DNA of 57,895 bases from an uncultured Candidatus Saccharibacteria bacterium (GTDB lineage Bacteria > Patescibacteriota > Minisyncoccia > Phycocordibacterales > DSPV01), in NCBI GenBank assembly GCA_964349135.1, contig CAYGFK010000005.1:1-57895 (forward strand), read 5' to 3'. This document shows, piece after piece, positions 1 through 7,909 of the stretch. Below the pieces are notes generated by a model. The model saw nothing but the letters and a program-made list of their open reading frames with translations. It had not been told where the DNA came from and did not search any database. Every line of letters begins with the position of its first letter. Position 1 is the stretch's first letter. The position numbers and the translations under genes are program-made.

Positions 1-1
1 A

Positions 2-763
2 GAAGTTGTATCTAATGGATATACAAGATTCCACGATAGGTTGATGTGGGCAAGAACTTATTTAAGCAAAGCTGGACTCGTATTAAATACGAGAAGAGGT
101 TTTATAAAAATTAGTGATAAGGGTCTTAAATTATTACAATCAAAATCTATAGAAAAAGAAGTCACCTTGGAAGACTTGGCAAAATATGAAGATTTCTTGG
201 ATTTTAAAAATAGTAAAAAAGAAGATGGTGGAAATTTAAAAAGTACAGAAATATCATCAGACACCCCACAGGACAAAATTGATCAAGGATTTAATGAAAT
301 TGAGAAATCACTCAAAGACGAACTTTTGAAGAAACTAAAGGAATCCAATCCGTATTATTTTGAGAAAATTATCTTGATACTTTTCAAAAAGATGGGCTAC
401 GGAGATTTTGAAGAAACTCCTAAGAGTGGAGATGGTGGTATTGATGGAATAATAAGCCAAGATAAACTCGGTCTAGATAGAATTTATACTCAAGCAAAAA
501 GATACACACAAAACAGTGTTGGTGAGAAAGAAATTAGAAATTTTATCGGCGCTATGAGTGGAGATGTGAATAAGGGAATCTTTGTGACAACATCAAGCTT
601 TGATCAATCTGCCATAAAAAAAGCCCATGATGATCACAATCATAAAATTATATTAATTGACGGTATAAGATTGGTAGATTTGATGATTAATTATGATATT
701 GGAGTACAGACAAAAACTACATATAAAATAAAGGAAATCGATGAGGAATTTTTTGTTGAATAA
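2..763 (+). CDS. mrr: Mrr-family type IV (modification-dependent) restriction endonuclease, 5'-truncated by the window edge
   Basis: The frame is open from position 2 (EVVSNGYTRFHDRLMWARTYLSKAGL, typical Mrr N-domain). The Mrr_cat motifs GDGGIDG, IYTQAKRY and KGIFVTTSSF...LIDG are present. Confidence 0.9.
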   Translation, partial: EVVSNGYTRFHDRLMWARTYLSKAGLVLNTRRGFIKISDKGLKLLQSKSIEKEVTLEDLAKYEDFLDFKNSKKEDGGNLKSTEISSDTPQDKIDQGFNEIEKSLKDELLKKLKESNPYYFEKIILILFKKMGYGDFEETPKSGDGGIDGIISQDKLGLDRIYTQAKRYTQNSVGEKEIRNFIGAMSGDVNKGIFVTTSSFDQSAIKKAHDDHNHKIILIDGIRLVDLMINYDIGVQTKTTYKIKEIDEEFFVE

Positions 764-769
764 ATCAAT

Positions 770-1855
770 ATGAGCAACCATAACCATGAGATTTTAATTA
801 CCAAACAAGATGTTGCTCCGTACATCTATTTTGTATGCTCAATGGCCCAGCGGGGCAGGATGTATGGAGGCCTTAGTGGAAAAAGTGATTATATTGGAGG
901 AGTGTTTGATCGTTGGATAAACATCATTCCTGAAAGTGTGATTTTTAATAAATATTTTCTCCCTAAAATAGCAGATAACCTTGAGGTTATTTCTGATTAT
1001 TATGAATATAATCCTAAAAAATCGGGTATTGCACCAGATGTTTTGGGTGTAAGAATTGGAACAAGGGCAATACCGTTTGTTGAGTATATGAATAAATGGC
1101 ACGCCCTAAATAATGCTCCGCAAATTGAAGTTAAATCATTCAAAAAAGCACAATATATGGTTAGCTTGAGAAATCAAGGTTATAACAATCAATATCTTGT
1201 GATGGTTGAAACAAATCTTGAAAGCGATTATTTACTGCCATTTTTTGAGAAAACTGTTGTTGGCGAAGATGTTTATAATAGATTAAAAATGGACGACAGT
1301 ATTTTTATAAAGGAGAATTTAGACAAAGATCTTTCATCAGTTACAAAGATTAAACGGGATAACACTGATTTAGGCTCTCTAAGACTCATTACAGTTTGTT
1401 TGGCAAGTGACTTTATGCAGTATTCTAATTTATGTAATGAAGGGGAAAGTCCTCTTTATATAACAAAAATAACTGAAACCCGGACGCCAAAAACACTACC
1501 ACGAACATTGCTTTTTTCAGATTTAGTAAAGAAAAATAGAAATAATCTGTATAGTTGGAAGAAAAATAAGCTAGATAAAAACAGAAAACACAAATTACTT
1601 GATGTTTATGTTGAAAATATAGATAAAATCAGATTCTTAAAGAATAGTAAAAGTTCAATTACGATTTATACAGAAAATAAGGCAAAAATAAATGACAAAG
1701 AATTAGAGGCCAATAAAACTTATATCATCAAGTTTCAACTATTAGATAGATCTGGATCAAAAAGCAGTGAATATTTTATGCACAAATCTATTATAGATAA
1801 AATCCCAAATAAGGAGGATATTATGCTTGATAATATAAAGCAATATATTAAATGA
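770..1855 (+). CDS. Putative type II restriction endonuclease (PD-(D/E)xK-like), 361 aa
   Basis: Contains APDVLG...QIEVKS (PD...ExK). AT-rich and convergent with a C5 methyltransferase. No specific family recognised. Confidence 0.55.
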   Translation: MSNHNHEILITKQDVAPYIYFVCSMAQRGRMYGGLSGKSDYIGGVFDRWINIIPESVIFNKYFLPKIADNLEVISDYYEYNPKKSGIAPDVLGVRIGTRAIPFVEYMNKWHALNNAPQIEVKSFKKAQYMVSLRNQGYNNQYLVMVETNLESDYLLPFFEKTVVGEDVYNRLKMDDSIFIKENLDKDLSSVTKIKRDNTDLGSLRLITVCLASDFMQYSNLCNEGESPLYITKITETRTPKTLPRTLLFSDLVKKNRNNLYSWKKNKLDKNRKHKLLDVYVENIDKIRFLKNSKSSITIYTENKAKINDKELEANKTYIIKFQLLDRSGSKSSEYFMHKSIIDKIPNKEDIMLDNIKQYIK

Positions 1856-1889
1856 TTTCTAATTCCTGTAAAATATAAAGATCGGGCAA

Positions 1890-3467
1890 CTATTCCATCG
1901 CCCTCATCATCTGCTTGGCCACAGCTTCGATAACTGGCACACTCACAGAATTTCCTGCTTGTTTATACAATGCGGAATCAGAAATCTTCGGTAGAATATA
2001 GTCCTTTGGGAAACCTTGAATTCTAAAACACTCTAAAGGAGTTAGTTTTCTTATTCCTTTTTTATCCTTGATAATTGGTACATTGTGCCCACCTGTTCCC
2101 ATATTTGCAGTTAATGTAGGGCAAACACCACTCTTATTTTCTCTGACATATTGTCTACGCCATTGATAAACTTTACCCTCCTCTTTTACTGAATTTTTTA
2201 GCTTTTCAAACAATGGCTTGCCATTGTAATAGTATTTTTCTGGCACATTTTTCTCTAACAAATCAGTTATTTTAGTATTTAGTTTTATTGGACTAGGAAA
2301 TTCAAATCTTTCTAAATAAAGTTTGTTTTTGAAACCCACGATGTAGATTCGTTCTCGGTTCTGGGGAATATTTCCGTATTCCATAGTATTCAAGACTTTA
2401 ATTTTTACATGATAGCCAAGGTCTTTTAATGCATCCTCAATAATCTTGAAAGTTTTACCACCGTCATGGCTTTTTAGGTTTTTTACATTCTCTAAGAGAA
2501 ATCCTTCTGGTTTTCTTGCCTCTAAGATACGAGCAATATCAAAAAAAAGGTTTCCTCTGCCTTTTTCATCATTAAATCCTTGTCTATACCCAGCAATAGA
2601 AAATGCCTGACAAGGAAAACCACCTAAAAGAAAATCAAAATTAGGCAAATCGTCGATACCAATTTTTCTTATATCCTCAACAACTAATTTTGAATCTTTA
2701 AAATTTAGATCGTAAGTATCTTTGCATTGTGGTTCAAAATCATTTGCAAAAACGGTCTTGAATCCTGCATTTTCAAAACCCATACGAATACCACCTACAC
2801 CAGCAAAAAGATCAATCGTTTTAAACCCGTGTTTCGTTTTCTTTTGCTCTACCTCCCTCGGTTCATTGTTCGGATTACTAATGACTTGAATAACAACGCC
2901 TCGGACTTCAACATCAGTTCTAAATAAGGGCTTCATGTTAGGATTTCTAGCTTCTAGCCTGTATCTATCTTTCTCGGTGTAGAGTTTTTTCAAAGTTGCT
3001 TCGTTGTCATCAATTATTGCGACAACAGTTTGCCCATTTTCTGCTGAGGTTTGGTGTTTTATGACAACAACATCACCATCAAAAATTCCATCCTTAACCA
3101 TAGAATCTCCCACGACACGAAGTGCGTAATAACCCTCTGCCGTTCTAATTTGTGGATTTATTACAGAAACGGAACCATCCCTTTCCTCAATCGCGGGAAG
3201 CGGATAACCGGCTTTGATACTTCCAAGTATTGGAATTTCAATTACCGATTTTATTTCTTTCTTTGGAGTTAAACTTCTAGCAGAATTTTCAGACTTAGAA
3301 AGATATCCCCTGACTTTTAGGGAATCAATGTGTTCGTGAATAGTGGAAACCGCCTTGAGTTTTAACTTCTTCCGTATTTCTTCTATGGTTGGAGATATGC
3401 CATTTTCGGCAAGATAAAGGCTTATGAAGTCGAATACCCGTTTCTGCTTTTTTGTGAGATTTGACAT
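1890..3467 (-). CDS. lexA: LexA repressor (HTH + S24 peptidase) fused to a DNA (cytosine-5) methyltransferase, 525 aa
   Basis: LexA HTH (LTKKQKRVFDFI...PTIEEI...STIHEHIDSL...ARSL), Ala-Gly cleavage site (IKAG), catalytic Ser (GDSM) and Lys (ATLKK). These are followed in frame by C5-MTase motifs DLFAGVGG, GGFPCQ, ENVKNL, QNRERIY, RKLTPLEC and QAGNSV. Start moved to ATG 3467. Confidence 0.92.
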   Translation of the reverse strand: MSNLTKKQKRVFDFISLYLAENGISPTIEEIRKKLKLKAVSTIHEHIDSLKVRGYLSKSENSARSLTPKKEIKSVIEIPILGSIKAGYPLPAIEERDGSVSVINPQIRTAEGYYALRVVGDSMVKDGIFDGDVVVIKHQTSAENGQTVVAIIDDNEATLKKLYTEKDRYRLEARNPNMKPLFRTDVEVRGVVIQVISNPNNEPREVEQKKTKHGFKTIDLFAGVGGIRMGFENAGFKTVFANDFEPQCKDTYDLNFKDSKLVVEDIRKIGIDDLPNFDFLLGGFPCQAFSIAGYRQGFNDEKGRGNLFFDIARILEARKPEGFLLENVKNLKSHDGGKTFKIIEDALKDLGYHVKIKVLNTMEYGNIPQNRERIYIVGFKNKLYLERFEFPSPIKLNTKITDLLEKNVPEKYYYNGKPLFEKLKNSVKEEGKVYQWRRQYVRENKSGVCPTLTANMGTGGHNVPIIKDKKGIRKLTPLECFRIQGFPKDYILPKISDSALYKQAGNSVSVPVIEAVAKQMMRAME

Positions 3468-3500
3468 ATTGCATTTAAAATCTGTTTTCGCTACAATTCT

Positions 3501-3523
3501 AGTATAACCGAATAAAAACCGAA
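3501..3523 (-). promoter_or_regulatory. Putative lexA-fusion promoter (-10 TATACT) with overlapping TTCGG-N6-TTCGG direct repeat (candidate LexA operator)
   Basis: On the + strand, AACCGAA occurs at 3506-3512 and 3517-3523 (11-bp period). AGTATA at 3501-3506 reads TATACT on the - strand. Confidence 0.55.
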
Positions 3524-3550
3524 ACTCCAAGCTAGGTTATCCACACAATT

Positions 3551-3943
3551 ATGGAAGCAAAACTAAAACACCTTGAATTCATACAAACAACCATAAACAG
3601 AATGGCAAATAATTCCTTCCTACTGAAGGGATGGGCAATAACAGTCGTTGGTGGTTTGTTCGCCTTTGGGTTTAAGGACTTAGATTGTAGCTACATATTT
3701 GTCTCACTTTCTATTCTATTTTTCTTTTGGATACTTGACGGATATTACCTGCATCAAGAAAAACTTTTTCGTGAGCTCTACGAGCGTACAGCAAAAAAGA
3801 AGGAGGATGAGATCGACCTCTCAATGAAAACTGACAAATGCGAAAATGGAGAGAGCTGGTTTGATTGTTCATGCTCGACAACCCTACTTGTATTCTATGG
3901 TGGATTATTGGTGGTTCATTTGATTATTATTTTAATTCTATAA
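3551..3943 (+). CDS. Small 3-TM membrane protein, putative effector paired with a TIR protein
   Basis: KHLEFIQ..INRMANNSFLLKGW motif, three hydrophobic segments and LDGYYL.QE.LFR.LY. Lies 9 bp upstream of the TIR gene. Confidence 0.75.
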   Translation: MEAKLKHLEFIQTTINRMANNSFLLKGWAITVVGGLFAFGFKDLDCSYIFVSLSILFFFWILDGYYLHQEKLFRELYERTAKKKEDEIDLSMKTDKCENGESWFDCSCSTTLLVFYGGLLVVHLIIILIL

Positions 3944-3952
3944 ATAAAATAT

Positions 3953-4621
3953 ATGGCAAGAAAAATTTTCATCAGCTACAAATATGGAGATTCAAGCGTT
4001 CAACCTATATCACGTCTCGAAGAAGATGGCACAACAACAGCGAGACATTATGTTGATGCTTTGCAAGCAAAGTTGGACGCGGAAGACCATATCAACAAAG
4101 GAGAAGATGATGGCGAGGACATGAGTGGATTTAAGGACGAAACAATAGAATCAAATTTGAGGGATAAAATCTTTGATAGCACTATCACAATTGTTTTACT
4201 TTCAAAAAATATGAAAGACCAGTATCTTGCCGAGGATGATCAGTGGATTCCGTGGGAGATTGCTTACTCTATGAAAGAAATGACTCGTGACGGTAGAACT
4301 AGTGGTACGAATGGAATGTTGGCTGTTGCCCTCCCAGACGAGACTGGAAGTTATTCGTACATAGTGAACCACTATCAATGTGTTACGAGTTGGAATATCG
4401 CCTCTCTGTTTAAGATTCTCGGTGGCAACATGTTCAATCGAAATGAGAAGAATCTTATTCGTTGCACAAGCTGTAATGGAACACACCATACGGGGCAAGA
4501 CCATTCATATATCCATCCAGTCAAATGGAGTGATTTCATCGCTAATATAAATGGACATCTCGATCATGTTACAAACCACCAAAATAATCTAGATCACTTT
4601 AAAATCGTAAAACAGGTTTAG
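3953..4621 (+). CDS. ThsB-like TIR domain protein (MTH538/DUF1863 type)
   Basis: RKIFISYKY, DSTITIVLLS, and WIPWEI with the candidate catalytic Glu, followed by NGMLAVALP. Confidence 0.85.
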   Translation: MARKIFISYKYGDSSVQPISRLEEDGTTTARHYVDALQAKLDAEDHINKGEDDGEDMSGFKDETIESNLRDKIFDSTITIVLLSKNMKDQYLAEDDQWIPWEIAYSMKEMTRDGRTSGTNGMLAVALPDETGSYSYIVNHYQCVTSWNIASLFKILGGNMFNRNEKNLIRCTSCNGTHHTGQDHSYIHPVKWSDFIANINGHLDHVTNHQNNLDHFKIVKQV

Positions 4622-4731
4622 GGAGTCCTGCCCGCGACCTTTCCGCCCTTCGTGGAAGGGCAAGCACTCAAGGCACTTCCGTTAAGGCGCTATATGCCAT
4701 ATCATTTATTTAAAACTGCTATACTTTTGGT

Positions 4732-5097
4732 ATGGCAAAACCACGGACCGTCAATGAGTACATAACACAAGCGCCAAAAGAGGCGCAAAAGAAATTGCGC
4801 GAAATGCGGACGTGTCTCAGAAGTGTCGCGCCAAAATCATCTGAGAGTCTGAAGTGGAGTATCCCAGCTTTCTTATACGAACGTATACTGTACACGTATG
4901 CCGGTTTCAAGCATCATATTGGTTTTTACCCGACACCTTCTGCTATACGAGCGTTTAAAAAAGAATTAGCCGACTACAGCACCGCAAAGGGCTCTATCCA
5001 GTTCCCGCTAGATAAACCTCTTCCGCTATCTCTCATCAAAAAAATCGCCAGGTTTCGTATCAAAGAATTCAAAGAGAAAGACGCGAAATGGATGTGA
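4732..5097 (+). CDS. DUF1801/YdhG-like protein
   Basis: TVNEYI...LREMR...ESLKWSIPAF...HIGFYP...KGSIQFPLDKPLP signature. Confidence 0.85.
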   Translation: MAKPRTVNEYITQAPKEAQKKLREMRTCLRSVAPKSSESLKWSIPAFLYERILYTYAGFKHHIGFYPTPSAIRAFKKELADYSTAKGSIQFPLDKPLPLSLIKKIARFRIKEFKEKDAKWM

Positions 5098-5171
5098 TGG
5101 AGGTAGAGCATTAAGAGTTGAAGGAGTCTTATCGAGCGTGTCGGAAATATGAAAATAGCTATAATACACTG

Positions 5172-5423
5172 ATGCCTACAAAGAGTCCCACTTCGCGTAT
5201 GCCACATACCATGCCCACAGATTTTCGAAGAGCTCTCACTGCCGACCGGAGAGCGTTCTCGGTGTGGGAAGACATCACGCCACTTGCGCGCAACGAATGG
5301 ATTTGTTGGATTATCTCCGCAAAACAGTCGACGACACGTATACGCCGGATTTCCGTAGGACTCTCAAAGCTCCGGAGCGGGATGCGTCGTCCTTGTTGCT
5401 GGGCAGGGTGTTCTCATCGATGA
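5172..5423 (+). CDS. YdeI/OmpD-associated (OmdA) family protein
   Basis: MP.DFRRAL...WEDITPLARNEWICWIISAKQ.TTR.RRI...RRPCCW. Start placed at ATG 5172. Confidence 0.8.
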   Translation: MPTKSPTSRMPHTMPTDFRRALTADRRAFSVWEDITPLARNEWICWIISAKQSTTRIRRISVGLSKLRSGMRRPCCWAGCSHR

Positions 5424-5448
5424 TTTGATTTGAGATAGCGAAATATAC

Positions 5449-5841
5449 ATGAGCGATGAAGAGTTTGAAAAAATCGTAGCAGACGAGCTCGATGCTTTAC
5501 CGGAGACGATACAGAAGCGTATTAAGAATGTCGCGGTGGTTATAGAACAGGAGCCGTCTCCTGAGGTGCGTAAACGGGAAGGTCTCGAAGGCGACGATAC
5601 ACTCCTTGGCTATTACCACGGCGTGCCACAGACGTCTCGGGGCGTGGATTACGGTGTCGGAGCATTTCTTCCCGATACCATTACCATTTTTAAGAATCCT
5701 GTTATTGAGGAGGCATTGGATAGCAATTGCAGTGTTAAAAAGGTTGTGTACGACACGCTCTGGCATGAATTTGCTCACTACTTCGGCATAGACGAGGAAG
5801 GGGTCCAGGAGAGGGAGCGTGAACGTAGAGAGAAACCTTAA
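5449..5841 (+). CDS. Zincin-like metallopeptidase (DUF1025 type)
   Basis: LLGYYHGVP, ITIFKNP and HEFAHYFG (HExxH). Confidence 0.85.
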   Translation: MSDEEFEKIVADELDALPETIQKRIKNVAVVIEQEPSPEVRKREGLEGDDTLLGYYHGVPQTSRGVDYGVGAFLPDTITIFKNPVIEEALDSNCSVKKVVYDTLWHEFAHYFGIDEEGVQERERERREKP

Positions 5842-5857
5842 CCATACGATTTACCAC

Positions 5858-6271
5858 ATGAAAAAAAGCGAATCAGCAGGCGGGGTTGTCGTCAACTCAT
5901 CGGGCGAGATACTCGTCGTCAATCAGCACGGCGATTCATGGTCGTTACCCAAAGGGCACCTAGACGCCGGTGAAGATGCTCTCACGGCCGCAAAACGGGA
6001 AATTGCCGAAGAGAGCGGGGTGACTCAGCTGGTGCTTGTAAAACCTCTGCCAAGCTATAAACGATTTCGTATCGCCCTTGGAGGCGGGGAAGATAAGAGT
6101 GAACTAAAAACTATCCATATGTTTCTCTTTAAAACGACTGAGGTCACGCTTTCTCCGCAGGACCCGGAAAATCCCGAAGCGAGATGGGTTTCAGCGGATG
6201 AGGTGGGGGATTTGCTTACCCATCCAAAAGACAAGGAATTTTTTAGTCGAATCCGTCTCGAACTGTCTTAG
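5858..6271 (+). CDS. NUDIX hydrolase
   Basis: Nudix box WSLPKGHLDAGEDALTAAKREIAEESG. Confidence 0.9.
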   Translation: MKKSESAGGVVVNSSGEILVVNQHGDSWSLPKGHLDAGEDALTAAKREIAEESGVTQLVLVKPLPSYKRFRIALGGGEDKSELKTIHMFLFKTTEVTLSPQDPENPEARWVSADEVGDLLTHPKDKEFFSRIRLELS

Positions 6272-6282
6272 CGGTCTGGGTA

Positions 6283-6312
6283 TTGACAGGTGGCACTATA
6301 TTGTGATATAAT
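6283..6312 (+). promoter_or_regulatory. Consensus sigma70 promoter
   Basis: TTGACA at 6283-6288, 18-bp spacer, and TG-n-TATAAT with the -10 at 6307-6312. Confidence 0.75.
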
Positions 6313-6332
6313 AGTAGCATAAAGGTGAAATC

Positions 6333-6488
6333 ATGAAAACGGCAACTTCTGATATGGTGGCTGATTTAGTGATTCGTTATTCGGCCGCAAGAGTTTGTTT
6401 TCATGCCGTTGCGTTCCTTCGCGGTAGAGAGTCTCGATTCCGAGCGTGGGCCGGTATCAAGCGAGAGTTTTTTAAACCCACACAGTGA
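6333..6488 (+). CDS. Small hypothetical protein, 51 aa (MKTATSDMVADLVIRYSAARVCFHAVAFLRGRESRFRAWAGIKREFFKPTQ)
   Basis: ATG preceded by AAGGTG, bounded by a consensus promoter and an intrinsic terminator. Below the ORF-track cut-off. Confidence 0.45.
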   Translation: MKTATSDMVADLVIRYSAARVCFHAVAFLRGRESRFRAWAGIKREFFKPTQ

Positions 6489-6496
6489 TTCAAATC

Positions 6497-6525
6497 AAAC
6501 CATCCGCCTCAGCGGATGGTTTTTT
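6497..6525 (+). terminator. Intrinsic terminator
   Basis: AAACCATCCGC-ctca-GCGGATGGTTT followed by a T-tract. Confidence 0.8.
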
Positions 6526-6622
6526 GTTATATTGCTTCGTCTGCAACTTGATGATAGATTTTATTGCGTCATCTGGCATTGAGTGCGGAATGATGGTTGG
6601 TTCTGTTTTGAAATCAAAATAT

Positions 6623-6695
6623 GCGCGGTTAGCTCAGTTGGTAGAGCATCTCATTGACGTTGAGAGGGCCGGGGGTTCGAGTCCCTCACCGCGCA
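6623..6695 (+). tRNA. tRNA-Val(GAC)
   Basis: GCGCGGT/ACCGCGC acceptor stem, anticodon arm TCTCA-TTGACGT-TGAGA, and TTCGA T-loop. CCA not encoded. Confidence 0.95.
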
Positions 6696-6746
6696 CAATA
6701 ATTCACGAGGACAGCTGGTAGCTGTCTGAGTGAAGTATCATTGCGA

Positions 6747-6893
6747 CGCGATGAGGGACTCGAAAGACGGAGGCCGCGAAGCCCCGCCATGGGCGGGTCG
6801 GCCGAGTCGGGGTCGCGACCTTTCGCGTAGCGAAAGAGTTGTGACCGAGTCCCGTTTATTTTATAGCGCGATGAGGGACTCGAAAGACGGAGG
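6747..6893 (+). repeat. Structured cassette (type A) flanked by inverted and direct copies of the tRNA-Val 3' end, plus a second truncated copy
   Basis: 6747-6764 is the reverse complement of tRNA 6676-6693 (17/18). Cassette spans 6765-6846, and CGAGTCCC at 6846-6853 repeats the tRNA. A 27-bp direct repeat lies at 6747-6773 and 6867-6893. Confidence 0.85.
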
Positions 6894-6896
6894 TCG

Positions 6897-7820
6897 TTAT
6901 TTTGTATGAATATGGAGGTAAATATCCTCAAGCGCTTTGACCGCGTCGCCTGCGGCGATATTGTTCTGGTGGTAGAGTCCGTCGGTGCAGTCTCCTGCGG
7001 CCCAGATACCCGTTACCGAGGTCATTTGAGTCCGAGGGTCTACTTTAATGTGTCCCCAGGTGTCGAGCTTAAGAAGGTCTTTGGCAAAGCCGGTTGCCGG
7101 GATAAGTCCAATCTCAACGAAAATGCCTCCAATCGGCATCTCTTTCTCTTCTCCAGTTTTAGTATTTTTATAAACGACGCTTTTGACAAATTTATCTCCC
7201 TTGACCTCAGTTACTTCCGTGTTTCTTTCAATACGGACTTTCTCGTTTTTCGAAAGTTTTTCGACGGTAACTGGGTCTGCACGGAATGAGTCACCACGTA
7301 TGAATATCGTCACTGATTTACAGTACGCGGCAAGCTGAGCGGCCGACTCAAGAGCGGCATTGCCTCCGCCAATCACCAGCGCATCTTGCCCCGCAAAGAG
7401 CGGGCCATCACAGGACGCACAGTAGGTAAGTCCTTTGTGCTCAAATATATCAGCCCCTTTTGCAGGCAACCGACGTCGGCTGGAACCGGTCGCGATGAGA
7501 ACCGTTTTCGTGTCGTACGCTCCCTTAGGGGTCGTGACAAGAAATCCTTCACCTTTCTTTTCGATATGGTCTACCAGTTCTCCTTGGTGAATTGAGACAG
7601 CATCGCTCGCATACGCTTCCAAGTGTTTTTTTAGATTCGTGGCAAGCTCGGGGCCTGAGATGGAGACGGTGCCAATCCAGTTCTGGATATCTTCTGAGAC
7701 AATGGATTGCCCTCCGAAATCTTTGGTCAGAAAGAGCGTTTTCAGTTTCTTTCTGGCGGCATAAACACCTGCGGCAACGCCTGCCGGTCCTGCGCCGATG
7801 ATGGTGAGGTCATAATGCAT
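6897..7820 (-). CDS. trxB: Thioredoxin reductase-like FAD-dependent oxidoreductase
   Basis: IIGAGPAG, YCASCDG (CxxC), VIGGGNAA and AAGD motifs. Start placed at ATG 7820. Confidence 0.88.
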   Translation of the reverse strand: MHYDLTIIGAGPAGVAAGVYAARKKLKTLFLTKDFGGQSIVSEDIQNWIGTVSISGPELATNLKKHLEAYASDAVSIHQGELVDHIEKKGEGFLVTTPKGAYDTKTVLIATGSSRRRLPAKGADIFEHKGLTYCASCDGPLFAGQDALVIGGGNAALESAAQLAAYCKSVTIFIRGDSFRADPVTVEKLSKNEKVRIERNTEVTEVKGDKFVKSVVYKNTKTGEEKEMPIGGIFVEIGLIPATGFAKDLLKLDTWGHIKVDPRTQMTSVTGIWAAGDCTDGLYHQNNIAAGDAVKALEDIYLHIHTK

Positions 7821-7860
7821 AGGGTATAGAATATAGGGTTTACCGTGTCGGGGCAAGTAG

Positions 7861-7897
7861 AAAAAGAAAGCGCCGTCCGCTATAGCGGACGGCGTTT
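7861..7897 (-). terminator. Intrinsic terminator after ftsZ
   Basis: GCGCCGTCCGC-tata-GCGGACGGCGT hairpin with a T-tract on the - strand. Confidence 0.75.
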
Positions 7898-7909
7898 CGT
7901 GTAATACTT

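Noticed and set aside
3551-4621. Calling the TM + TIR pair canonical Thoeris type I or II
   Set aside because: The partner has no SIR2-SLOG or Macro domain and is only 130 aa.
6747-6893. CRISPR array or prophage attL/attR interpretation of the direct repeats at tRNA ends
   Set aside because: Only two copies per locus, separated by 115-200 bp of conserved non-unique sequence. No cas or integrase genes and no cargo are present.
6485-6931. ORFs 6485-6721 and 6686-6931
   Set aside because: They overlap tRNA-Val and the repeat cassette. The peptide-like text (RDPDSADPP, LSSPSSR twice) is translation of the repeat.
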